Shown in pieces: positions 1-8,850 of a stretch of 28,458 nt of DNA (its first letter is position 1; every line of letters begins with the position of its first letter). The DNA lies in assembly GCA_046757665.1 (NCBI GenBank), contig JBHHYO010000035.1:1-28458 (forward strand), given 5' to 3'. Origin of the DNA: Nitrospinales bacterium. Lineage in GTDB: Bacteria; Nitrospinota; Nitrospinia; Nitrospinales; JAJDAT01. Below the pieces are notes generated by a model. The model saw only the letters and a program-made list of their open reading frames with translations. It had not been told where the DNA came from and made no database searches. The translations under genes and the position numbers were made by a program.

Positions 1-1412
1 TTAACAATAAGAAAGCCATAAAAGTCTATCATCCAATCATCGGTTTGATTTTTTAGAAATGATTCGTCTATTTTCCCGGCAAAACTTTCAGGCATTAATT
101 CGATTACGTTAAGCTGATCTTTTAAATAGCTCCGTAAATCTGGCGTCCGATCTTGAGTAATTTCACCTGAAAGCCATTTGATTTCTTTGTCATCTTTGTT
201 AGAAGAAAATAGTTCTTTAAGTTGGTTCGGGGACAGCAATTTTCTAAGCTCGTCGCCACGACCCAGCATGGCGTTTTCGCCGGAAACAAAAGTTCCATCA
301 TCTGCGGGAAGTAAGTCATTTTCCATAAGCACGTTGCGGACCGCCTCCGCGATTGGATAAAACATGCGAGGAAAATCGTTCATTCTGATCGGGAGGGTTT
401 CTAAAAAATCGATGGAAACAAGACTCTTTTCTCTAATCTCAGGAAACGAGTGGCAAAGTAGTTTACTCATTTCTTTTACCAAAAATTGATTGAACTCGTC
501 ATCCTCAGAAACCGTTTCCCTATGAGGCGGAGTTCGAAAAGGGCCGTTCATCAAGAAACCCACATGTGTTTCTTTGGTTGTAGGGAAAAGAACAAATAAC
601 GGCGGCTCTTTTATTGCCTCGATTTTTTCGCCATCATTATCAACATCCAGGGAAAAGGCAATTTCAACGGGTTTGTAATCCTTCCCTTTCCATTTAACAG
701 GCCGACAAAATACAAGATAGGTATGAAGCTCATCTCCATCCGTGATTTCACTTCTTCTTGTCTGCAAATGATCGTTAATTTCCTGGTTAAATTTATCCTC
801 ACGAAGGTAATGTCCCGTTTCGTCCAGGACAGTCCATTTAATTTCCAGTACGTTATGTGTGAAAAGAAGCGTAGTGATATCCAGTTTTTTTAATTTACGA
901 GAGATTTTTTCAAATGCCTCTTTTTTCGAGACCAGATGCTCTACAAAATTAGGTTGTTTTTCCTCGTGATCGAAAGGCAGTCGTATTCGTGTCTTGCTTT
1001 GGTCAAGGTTATTTGGTTTGGGAAGAGCTTTTAAACGATACAATCCGTAAATTTCAAAGTTCTCCTCTCCGGAATGAATAGCCGGAGACGCCGTAAAAGC
1101 AAAGACCGACTTGAATCCCACCCCAAATTGACCGGTTTTTATAAGGTCGTCTCGGCTCGTACTTCGCCCAAAATAGCTGATTGCTTTTACATTTTCATCT
1201 TTGAAAGGAATCCCGTCATGTTCGATTACCAACTCATCTTCCTTTAATTTAAACTCAACGGTTTTAGCCTCATAATCATCAGCGTTCTGTAATATCTCAT
1301 AGACAAAATGGGAAAAGTCGGAATACATACTGACTTGGGATTTCCGTGAAGCAGTATCTTTTCCCAATTGTTCCACGTTGCGCTTAGTTATCGCTTTATA
1401 ATCACTCGGCAT
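1..1412 (-). CDS. Sacsin/NOV-like GHKL (HSP90-like) ATPase-domain protein; 3' end truncated by the window edge (>470 aa)
   Basis: Absent from the ORF track. Manual translation from ATG at 1412 (GAGGGGG RBS upstream) is open through to position 1: MPSDYKAITKRNVEQLGKDTASRKSQVSMYSDFSHFVYEILQNADDYEAKTVEFKLKEDELVIEHDGIPF...TGQFGVGFKSVFAFT...TRIRLPF...LFVLFPTTKETHVGFLMNGPFRTPPHRE...FLKNQTDDWMIDFYGFLIV. EILQNADD, HDG and GQFGVGFKSVF match the GHKL N/G1/G2 boxes of sacsin-type ATPases. Confidence 0.88.
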   Translation of the reverse strand, partial: MPSDYKAITKRNVEQLGKDTASRKSQVSMYSDFSHFVYEILQNADDYEAKTVEFKLKEDELVIEHDGIPFKDENVKAISYFGRSTSRDDLIKTGQFGVGFKSVFAFTASPAIHSGEENFEIYGLYRLKALPKPNNLDQSKTRIRLPFDHEEKQPNFVEHLVSKKEAFEKISRKLKKLDITTLLFTHNVLEIKWTVLDETGHYLREDKFNQEINDHLQTRRSEITDGDELHTYLVFCRPVKWKGKDYKPVEIAFSLDVDNDGEKIEAIKEPPLFVLFPTTKETHVGFLMNGPFRTPPHRETVSEDDEFNQFLVKEMSKLLCHSFPEIREKSLVSIDFLETLPIRMNDFPRMFYPIAEAVRNVLMENDLLPADDGTFVSGENAMLGRGDELRKLLSPNQLKELFSSNKDDKEIKWLSGEITQDRTPDLRSYLKDQLNVIELMPESFAGKIDESFLKNQTDDWMIDFYGFLIV

Positions 1413-4400
1413 TGGTCGTAGCCCCCTCAATATGGATTACCCCATGAGCGACCGGCTGGGCAATGATATCAGCCCTTTCCATTGCAATCTCCAACTCTTG
1501 AATGCGACGCGCATAGTCCGCTTCAGCTGTCAAGATTTGAGATTGGCGCATCCGCTTGATGTTATCATTAGTCGCTTGATCCAGCTGTTCCTTAAGTAGA
1601 GAAATTCGCGCGTTGTGGCTGGTCTTCAAGCTTTCGCGGCGATATTGCGCCTGTTCTCGTGTCTGGAGCCGGTGTTTTTCACGCGCCTCCGACCAGAGTT
1701 TATAATGCTCTGCATCAAGCTTGTCCCAGGCCGAGGGGTTGGGCAGATTTTCCTGTCTCGCCGGATTTTCCTCGGCTTTTTCGAGGAGTTTTCCCAGATA
1801 AACCGCGACGGCCTCCGAACCGGCAACAGGACGCAGAACCAAGTCTTCCCGGATGCCTTGAAACCGCCACTGATAGACGGCAAACAAGTGGTCTCCGGCG
1901 GGGGCGGATTCATCCCTCACCTTTAATGTCGTGACGGCTCGTTCCTTCAAATCAAACGCTTCGGCGGCCTGCCTTGCCAGGGGGTGCTGAGGGATGATGA
2001 ACGCGGCGTCGTGATGTCGGGAGGCGCAATCGGCGTCGAAGGTTATCGGTAAATGGGGATTGTCCCCCTTCAGCCAGTTTTCCCAATCCCGGAACAAGGG
2101 CGCATTTTGCCGAGGCAGTTTTTGGAAATCATCCAATAACCGGTTGCGTGCCTCCTGGGCCAGGCGCAAGGTCTTGAGCGGCTTCTCACCAAGAATAAAC
2201 TCGTGATTCTCACCGTAAATAGCCTGTAGATAATTCGCGACAAGATTCTGAATCGCCAATGGCGAAAGCCAAAAGTTCGATGCCTCATCAATTTCCTTTT
2301 TGAACTGCTCCTTGGACAAATGAATACCGAATAACTCGGCCTGCTTCTCCTCAAGTTTTTCTTGTTCTTGTATCGAGCGGATTTTATTGTCCGCTAATTG
2401 TTGGAGCTTTTCCCGACGCTCCTCGGCACTCAGACTGGAATTCTCCGCAACGTTTTGGATTTCCCGGCTGATCTCTCCAAGTATTTCCTCACTACCGCCC
2501 AGAGCGCTGTTGAACACCCCGATGCGAAGCAAACAACGTTCGTAAATGTCAGCATCGACGGTTCCCGGCGTAATCAGATTAAAAATAGCAACGCTCTCGC
2601 TTTTCTGCCCATAACGGTCAATCCTGCCGATTCGTTGCTCAATCCGCATCGGATTCCACGGCAAGTCATAGTTTACAATGCAATCGCAGAACTGATAGTC
2701 CACGCCCTCGGTGCCGATTTCGGAAAACAGCAAGATGTCCAGCGCGTCATCATTTTCACGATCCAGCGCGAAGCGGTCGCGCACTTCAATACGTTCCTCG
2801 TCGGGCGTTCCGCCATGCACCAGGCCGACGCGGAAACCATCCCTTTTGAGATGATTGTGGAGGTAGTAGAGAGTATGCCTGAAGCTACTGAAGAGCATGA
2901 TTTTGTTGTTTGGCAATTCTTGTTTGCCCCTTAGAATTTTTCTAAGCTTCTCAAGTTTCGGGTCATGGGGATCAAGAGTCCGCGCCCGTTCCAGTATCTC
3001 GCGGATTTCCGATTTTATTTTCTCGACGGCCTCATCGGGAGGAGCCTCCCCGGCCTCATCCCACGTCAATTCATCAACATGGCGATTGAGAATATCTTCA
3101 AGGAAGGGGATAAGGCCATATAAGCAACTTGCCGCCCGCCGACGAATGGTCGTCATAATAAAATTCACAGAGATATTCTCATGGATCCGGCTGAATATCT
3201 TCGCTTGAATCTCGAGTAAGCCGTCATGCAGGTTTTTCTGGGACGAGGTGAACTCGACGGCGACGGTTTCCGGTTTTCTTATCGTGAAATCGCCTATATC
3301 CCTCCGGCGGGTTCGATTGATTATTCCCGAGAACGTATGCAGAGCCTCGATATCGGTAACAAGTTGCACGCGCTCTTCCGAGGAAACCTCTTCTTGCAAA
3401 AGCTGTTCGCGGATGCGGGTGAATTCCGGGTTGTCCTGGAGAATGGACCGACCCCATGGCGTGGTAGCGGCTTCGTTCAATGCCTCGGCGGCTTTCACGG
3501 TCCATCCCGTTTCTCTGGCACGTGTCAAATCCACGGCGCGATTTATAAGTGGATTCGGTTCCGCCATATGCTCAAAAGTTGCCTTGTCGATGACGAGGTC
3601 GGGACGCAGGATATTGAGCAAAACGAAAAGATCGTTGTTTCCCAGTTGAATCGGCGTGGCCGTCAGAAAAACGACCGCCTCGGCGTGGTCGCAAAAGAAC
3701 CGAACAGCCTTGTGCCTGTAGGTTTCCGGATTGCGAATATGATGAGCCTCGTCCACGATAACCAGGTCAAAGCGTGGCGGCGGGTCCAAGTTGAGGAGTC
3801 CCTTTTTGCGCTTGCGCCTTTGGTTGCCGCCGGGTGTTGTTCCATAGAGAAGGGCCTCGTCGAACAAGGAGTAGGGAATGATGATTTTCTTGTGTTGTTC
3901 GGGCCACGCCCCATCCAAATCCATTTCGTTGATGCAATACCGAAGCGTTTTGCTGTCCAGCGGGTTGAAACGCTCCTCAAATCGTTTCATTTCAGTTTCC
4001 CATTTGCGTTCGACAACCAGTTGGCGGGTGCAGATTACAAGAATGGAACGGATGTCGCGTCTGGCTTGCAATTCACGAAGAATCAGACCGGCCTCAATGG
4101 TTTTCCCCACGCCAACGCCATCGGCCAGGAGCAAGCGCGGCCTGTCGGATCGGATGAATTTCAGAACCGGTCGGAATTGGTATGGAACAAAATCAATGCG
4201 GGCGGCATTGAGCGAGTAAAGCGTGGAAAGTCCCGGATGTCGGATTTGAAGCGCGGTGAGATATGCGTGAAATTTATGACAAGGTAAAATAACGGAACTT
4301 TCACCCGTGCCATCGTCAGCCTGTATCTGGGAGGCATAAAACGTTTGCGTCTCGCCATCAATGAATACGTCGTAGCGATTTTCCGGTTCGCCGAGCAAGA

Positions 4401-4479
4401 CCGAGACGACGGCTCCACGCATGGCGGGATTTGATCTTAGAAAGACAATTTGGCCAGGGACGAATTCTATGGAACTCAT
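1402..4479 (-). CDS. SNF2-family (RapA/DrmD-like) superfamily 2 helicase/ATPase, 1025 aa
   Basis: Q-motif PYQ, Walker A region LADGVGVGKT, Walker B DEAHH, motif III TATP, NYDLPWNPMRIEQRIGRIDRYGQ (motif VI). Also an N-terminal Tudor/SH3-like segment (FVPGQIVFLRSNP) and a charged helical C-terminus. Confidence 0.93.
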   Translation of the reverse strand: MSSIEFVPGQIVFLRSNPAMRGAVVSVLLGEPENRYDVFIDGETQTFYASQIQADDGTGESSVILPCHKFHAYLTALQIRHPGLSTLYSLNAARIDFVPYQFRPVLKFIRSDRPRLLLADGVGVGKTIEAGLILRELQARRDIRSILVICTRQLVVERKWETEMKRFEERFNPLDSKTLRYCINEMDLDGAWPEQHKKIIIPYSLFDEALLYGTTPGGNQRRKRKKGLLNLDPPPRFDLVIVDEAHHIRNPETYRHKAVRFFCDHAEAVVFLTATPIQLGNNDLFVLLNILRPDLVIDKATFEHMAEPNPLINRAVDLTRARETGWTVKAAEALNEAATTPWGRSILQDNPEFTRIREQLLQEEVSSEERVQLVTDIEALHTFSGIINRTRRRDIGDFTIRKPETVAVEFTSSQKNLHDGLLEIQAKIFSRIHENISVNFIMTTIRRRAASCLYGLIPFLEDILNRHVDELTWDEAGEAPPDEAVEKIKSEIREILERARTLDPHDPKLEKLRKILRGKQELPNNKIMLFSSFRHTLYYLHNHLKRDGFRVGLVHGGTPDEERIEVRDRFALDRENDDALDILLFSEIGTEGVDYQFCDCIVNYDLPWNPMRIEQRIGRIDRYGQKSESVAIFNLITPGTVDADIYERCLLRIGVFNSALGGSEEILGEISREIQNVAENSSLSAEERREKLQQLADNKIRSIQEQEKLEEKQAELFGIHLSKEQFKKEIDEASNFWLSPLAIQNLVANYLQAIYGENHEFILGEKPLKTLRLAQEARNRLLDDFQKLPRQNAPLFRDWENWLKGDNPHLPITFDADCASRHHDAAFIIPQHPLARQAAEAFDLKERAVTTLKVRDESAPAGDHLFAVYQWRFQGIREDLVLRPVAGSEAVAVYLGKLLEKAEENPARQENLPNPSAWDKLDAEHYKLWSEAREKHRLQTREQAQYRRESLKTSHNARISLLKEQLDQATNDNIKRMRQSQILTAEADYARRIQELEIAMERADIIAQPVAHGVIHIEGATTNAE

Positions 4480-4483
4480 TTTC

Positions 4484-4681
4484 TCACTTGCCGCGGGTGT
4501 TGATGTTCAGCAGGGCGAACAGCGGGCACCAGCCGCGCAGGCCCGTCACCAAAAGCACCAGGCCGACTCCGGCGCCGACGACGCTCCAGGTGTTGGTGTT
4601 GGCGACCGCGCAGAAAACAAGTCCCGTTCCAAACATGACCCGGACGAGCCGTTCAAAATTTCCCTGATTTCGACAGACCAT
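4484..4681 (-). CDS. DUF2892 (YgaP-like) small membrane protein, 65 aa
   Basis: N-x-G-x-x-ER-x-x-R start, two hydrophobic segments, GWCPL...NT end; GGAGG RBS before the ATG. Confidence 0.88.
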   Translation of the reverse strand: MVCRNQGNFERLVRVMFGTGLVFCAVANTNTWSVVGAGVGLVLLVTGLRGWCPLFALLNINTRGK

Positions 4682-4720
4682 GATTTTCCTCCGTTTTATT
4701 GGTTATCCATGGCGAATCCG

Positions 4721-5998
4721 TTACATCCAGTAATGCTTATCGACTTGCCGCAGTCGTTCCTCGGCCAGAGACAGAGCCTCTTCGCGAAAAATCGTGTCCG
4801 GCCGCTTGGCCTCCCTCAACCGCTGAAGGATATCGGAAACGTTGCGCGACACGGTGCTAAAAATCAAATTTTCCAAATACGTTTTTCCACCGCAAGCCGA
4901 CACCATGGACTTGTACCTGTCATCGGTGTTCATGACCAGTTCGGCGGCACAGCCGATCACTCCGCCTACGTTGACGACGAAGTCGGAAAGCGAAAGAATG
5001 TCGCGCCGGTTTTGCAGGTAGTACTCCGTCATTTTGTTGCTGGGGGTGTTGGCGCCCTGCAAGATGAAGCGGCAGTCGATGCGGTCGGCGTTGCGTGAGG
5101 TGATCGCATCCGGCCGGGCGGCGGGTATCAGGATGTCGCAAGGCGCTTCCAGTAGCCGGTCCAGGTTGCCGGACGAAAACCGTTTGTCGGCACGACCGGA
5201 ATAGTTGGCGAGGCCGCCGTGTTGATGGCGGATGGAGTTCATCTGCTCCACATCCAGGCCGCCAGGCGACCACAATCCCGCGTGAATGTCGGAAGCGCCG
5301 ACGATGACGGCCCCCGCTTCATACAGTTTGGTTGCGGTGGGCGAGCCGACGTTGCCGTATCCCTGGATCACCACGCGGGCGTTTTTGATGGTCAGGCCGA
5401 CATTAGAATCCTCCAGGGTTTTGGCGGCGGCGAACAATCCGTGCGCCGTGAGCCCCCAGGCGTCGATGGGAATACCGCCCCGGTCGGGCGGGCGGCCCGC
5501 GCCGCCGCGCATGTGCCTGCCGCTCCCCAGTTGGCGCGAAAAAAAATCGTGGATCACCTGCATGTCCCTTTCGTCGGTGCCCATGTCCGGCGCCGGGATG
5601 TAGCCGCTGAGCGGATAAACCGCCTCGGCGAAAAGTTCGAACAATTCGGCCTTGAAACCGGGCCGGTCATTGGCGGATTCCGGATCGACAACCAGGCCCG
5701 CCTTGCCGCCGCCGAACGGCAGTTGCGAGACGCTGTTTTTCAGGGTCATGGCGCGCGCCAGCCGCTGTACCTCATGGAGCGTCACGTCCCGGGCCATCCG
5801 CACGCCGCCCAGGCCGGCGCCGCGACGGGTATCGTCGATCACAACATAGCCCCAGGCGCGGTTGTCCGCCGGGTCGAAAAGCCGGATCATTTGTTCGGAC
5901 TGCCGCCGGTTGGTGGAAAATCCTTTGTCGGCGCCGTTTTGCGACAGCGTTTCGATCTTAAGTCTTTTCGGCAGTTTGACCATCCTCTCCAGCAACAA
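4721..5998 (-). CDS. Glu/Leu/Phe/Val family amino acid dehydrogenase (substrate uncertain; start may be ATG 5983)
   Basis: GLGGVRM, MTLKN, catalytic GGGKAG, PAPDMGT, Rossmann GYGNVG, CDILIPAA, GAN, NVGGVI. Confidence 0.9.
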   Translation of the reverse strand: MLLERMVKLPKRLKIETLSQNGADKGFSTNRRQSEQMIRLFDPADNRAWGYVVIDDTRRGAGLGGVRMARDVTLHEVQRLARAMTLKNSVSQLPFGGGKAGLVVDPESANDRPGFKAELFELFAEAVYPLSGYIPAPDMGTDERDMQVIHDFFSRQLGSGRHMRGGAGRPPDRGGIPIDAWGLTAHGLFAAAKTLEDSNVGLTIKNARVVIQGYGNVGSPTATKLYEAGAVIVGASDIHAGLWSPGGLDVEQMNSIRHQHGGLANYSGRADKRFSSGNLDRLLEAPCDILIPAARPDAITSRNADRIDCRFILQGANTPSNKMTEYYLQNRRDILSLSDFVVNVGGVIGCAAELVMNTDDRYKSMVSACGGKTYLENLIFSTVSRNVSDILQRLREAKRPDTIFREEALSLAEERLRQVDKHYWM

Positions 5999-6061
5999 AA
6001 AAATGGATCATGAAAACAATCGGTGTTAGTTTAACAGGAATTCGTTGAATTATCAGAAAGG

Positions 6062-6913
6062 TTGAATGAGCCGAACATGATCCAACCTCCCACAAAAGAA
6101 CAAATCCAATGGCTGGTGCGCCTGGGGCTGGAGGAAGACCTGGGGCCGGGTGACATCACCAGCGAAAACATCGTCACGCCGAGCAGTCGCCGCAAAGCCA
6201 CGGTCACCGCGAAGGAGCCCTTGATCCTTTGCGGACGGGACATTGCCAGCGAGGTGTTTTTGCATCTCGACTCGACGGCGCGCTTCTTCGGTTCTTTCAT
6301 GGATGGCGAACGGGCGGACGCGGGAGCAACGCTGTTCACGGTCGAGGCGGACGAACTCACCCTGTTGAAAGGCGAGCGGACGGCGCTCAACATTCTGCAA
6401 CGACTGAGCGGCATCGCCACCCTGACCCGGCAGTTTGCCGACCGCGCCAAACCCGTTACCGTTCTGGACACGCGCAAAACCACGCCGGGCCTGCGTGTGT
6501 TTGAGAAATACGCCGTCGCTTGCGGCGGCGGGAAAAACCATCGCTTCGGGTTGTTCGACGCCGTGTTGATCAAGGACAATCACATCAAGTCGGCGGGAGG
6601 GATTTCGCAAGCCGTGAAACGGCTCCGCGCCAAACTTCCTTCCCATAAAATCGAGGTGGAAACCGCCAACCTCGATGAAGTGGCGGAAGCCGTAAAAATG
6701 GCCGCGGACGTGATCCTGCTCGACAACATGTCTCCGGACACCATTCGTCAAGCGGTGGCCCTGGTCGCGGGCAAGGCCAAAATCGAAGTCTCCGGGTCCG
6801 TTTCCCTGGACAACTTGGAGGCACTGGCCGCTACCGGGGTGGATTTCGTTTCCGTCGGCGCCCTGACTCACTCTGCGCGCGCCGTGGACATTTCCATGAA
6901 TTTTTGCCCGTAG
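6062..6913 (+). CDS. nadC: Nicotinate-nucleotide diphosphorylase (quinolinate phosphoribosyltransferase); start TTG 6062 or ATG 6077
   Basis: EDLGPGDITS, ERTALN, DTRKTTPGLR, HRFGLFDAVLIKDNH, EVE, LLDNM, SVGALTHSA. Confidence 0.96.
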   Translation: MNEPNMIQPPTKEQIQWLVRLGLEEDLGPGDITSENIVTPSSRRKATVTAKEPLILCGRDIASEVFLHLDSTARFFGSFMDGERADAGATLFTVEADELTLLKGERTALNILQRLSGIATLTRQFADRAKPVTVLDTRKTTPGLRVFEKYAVACGGGKNHRFGLFDAVLIKDNHIKSAGGISQAVKRLRAKLPSHKIEVETANLDEVAEAVKMAADVILLDNMSPDTIRQAVALVAGKAKIEVSGSVSLDNLEALAATGVDFVSVGALTHSARAVDISMNFCP

Positions 6914-6924
6914 GGTATTTTTGT

Positions 6925-8799
6925 TCAGCGGCGTTTCAGCCTTTGGCTTGTCTTGTCGATGGCCCTGCCCATGGAATCGGTTGCCTTCAGCAGGGCTTCC
7001 AGAAACTTGCAGTCGCGTTCGCACCGGCGTTTTTCATTCTCCGGGTCACCGTCCCCCTTTATCAGCAAGCCCTGGTTTTCCCGGTTCCATAAAACAAAAT
7101 CAGCGTAGGCATAATCCTGAAGGAGCCGCGCGGTTTCCTCATCGCGCAAAAACGTCTGGTAAAAAGATTCCATTTCGGCAACGAATCCTTTGCGTCCGGT
7201 CTCTTCCATATCGGAGGAGGGCAGGTACTTGATTTTCAGATCGGCCAGTTGCCGGTTAAGGTGTTTCAGGGCCGCGGACTTTTCTTCCAGAGCCGAACGC
7301 AGTCTGTCCGCGTCGCCGGTAATTTGGGTTGCCTTGAGAAAATCTTTTTTGCGCGTTTGCAGGTCCCGTCCGCAATACAGGAACAGAGCTTCCCTCAGGC
7401 ATAAATTGACGGCGCCGGGAATGGCGGCCCCGCCCTCGGTGGCGTTATACACGGCCCCGGCGGCCTTGATCTCCTCGGCAAAGATATTTTTATAAGAATC
7501 CAGGGCGACGGTGGTGGTCGTTGCGCCGCCGAAGATATTCCGAGTCGCAACAAGCGATTCGGCGTATTTTGCGTAGCTTTGCTTTTCCAGGTCGTTCATG
7601 TACCGCTTGTTGCTTATCTGGTCCCGCAACTCTTCCGCAAAAAAGGAATCGGAGCAATACATGCGGTTATGGGCAAACGCCAGGTCCTGGCCGACGAGGA
7701 TGATGGGACCGCAACCCAGGTGTCTGGCAAACAGGAATCCGGTATGAGCCACGGAAAGCGTTTTGCCGAGAGCCCCCTTTTCTCCGTTGTGGCGCGCAAC
7801 CCATTGGGCGGGATAAACCGCCGAATCGAACGCCAGCCGGCGCGTTCCGAAACTTTCGATAACAGCCGCGGGAATGCAGGGGTCGAACAACAGCCATGTT
7901 TTTTCCGGCGGCGCGTCCAGGTCAAAAGCCTTGATGGTGGTGTCGTCGGGATCGACAGCCACCACGAAATCGGGAGCGATGCCGCAGTGCAACAAGGGTT
8001 TCAAGGCCGTGGCCGCCGAGATGACGAGAACGCGGTCCATAACATGTTTCAACAGGCTCATGTTTTTATCGAGGCACGGCCCGGAGGCGACGACAACCGC
8101 GGGGACTCCCGGCAGAGCGTTTTTCACGGAGTGAACGCCGGGGCTTGCCAGAAGGCTGTGAACGTTTTCCAAAACGTTTCGGAAAAAGATTTTTGCAAAC
8201 GCGGTCTGGGTTTTCAATTCCACTCGCGCTTCCCGCAACAGGGTCTGAAACGCCTCATTGAGCGATTCGTAATACGGACGATCGATATCGACCAGAGGCT
8301 TGAACGCTACAGGAACACAACCGTTGATGGCGAAACTGGTTTTATCCTCTGCCAGCGCCTGTTTCAGCCCGGCGGCGTCGATTGCCACGTGGATGCTGAC
8401 TCCGGGATGATTGAGAACTTCGGCACAATCGATTTGTTCAAACGCCAGCCGCAAGATGCCCGCGTCTTTTTCCAGGATGACGATTCGCGCCTGGCGGGGA
8501 ACTCGTTTGACCAGTTCCAGCAAGTGATACCCCAACCCAACGCCGCCAACAATAAAGTTGAGCGACGTGTCGAGCGGACAGGAGTCGAGAAACCGCGCCG
8601 CTTCCCGTACCGGGTCGTAGGAGCTGTGAAGGGTCTTTCGGACGCCTTGCGGAATGGCGCGCACCAGCGTGGGAGCGCCCGATTTCGCGGTCAGGACCGC
8701 ATAACCGGCGGCGGGCCGCGCCGTTTTCAGCTTTTCGGCCAGGCCGGGGTCTTTCGCTTCCAACAGGATCAGATTTTTTTTCAGCAGGGTTGACGGCAT
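6925..8799 (-). CDS. Motility-associated factor (Maf/DUF115, MptE-like) glycosyltransferase family protein, 624 aa
   Basis: LHSSYDP.REA, G.GLGY, VVVASGPCLDKN, PDFVVAVDP, PIILVGQDLAF, YNATEGGA.I.G. Confidence 0.85.
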   Translation of the reverse strand: MPSTLLKKNLILLEAKDPGLAEKLKTARPAAGYAVLTAKSGAPTLVRAIPQGVRKTLHSSYDPVREAARFLDSCPLDTSLNFIVGGVGLGYHLLELVKRVPRQARIVILEKDAGILRLAFEQIDCAEVLNHPGVSIHVAIDAAGLKQALAEDKTSFAINGCVPVAFKPLVDIDRPYYESLNEAFQTLLREARVELKTQTAFAKIFFRNVLENVHSLLASPGVHSVKNALPGVPAVVVASGPCLDKNMSLLKHVMDRVLVISAATALKPLLHCGIAPDFVVAVDPDDTTIKAFDLDAPPEKTWLLFDPCIPAAVIESFGTRRLAFDSAVYPAQWVARHNGEKGALGKTLSVAHTGFLFARHLGCGPIILVGQDLAFAHNRMYCSDSFFAEELRDQISNKRYMNDLEKQSYAKYAESLVATRNIFGGATTTTVALDSYKNIFAEEIKAAGAVYNATEGGAAIPGAVNLCLREALFLYCGRDLQTRKKDFLKATQITGDADRLRSALEEKSAALKHLNRQLADLKIKYLPSSDMEETGRKGFVAEMESFYQTFLRDEETARLLQDYAYADFVLWNRENQGLLIKGDGDPENEKRRCERDCKFLEALLKATDSMGRAIDKTSQRLKRR

Positions 8800-8850
8800 G
8801 GAATCAGGAGAATAGGGATTTTATCCGGCGAATCGGCGGCGGCTTTCCAT

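Noticed and set aside
122-802. Short track ORFs 122..319, 178..360 and 611..802
   Set aside because: They are off-frame or antisense to the long motif-bearing GHKL reading frame.
3226-4287. Long plus-strand ORF of 353 aa, and similar ORFs such as 6053..7024, 7579..8793, 17118..17969 and 19181..19966
   Set aside because: Antisense shadows of well-supported genes, expected in GC-rich DNA, with no recognisable motifs.
1402-4479. Calling the helicase rapA/hepA, or the locus DISARM or Zorya
   Set aside because: Atypical GC and coupling to a GHKL gene argue against housekeeping RapA, and the required partner genes of the named systems are not visible. Not fully excluded, because the locus is truncated.
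4721-5998. Gene symbol gdhA
   Set aside because: The glutamate-specificity Lys is missing.
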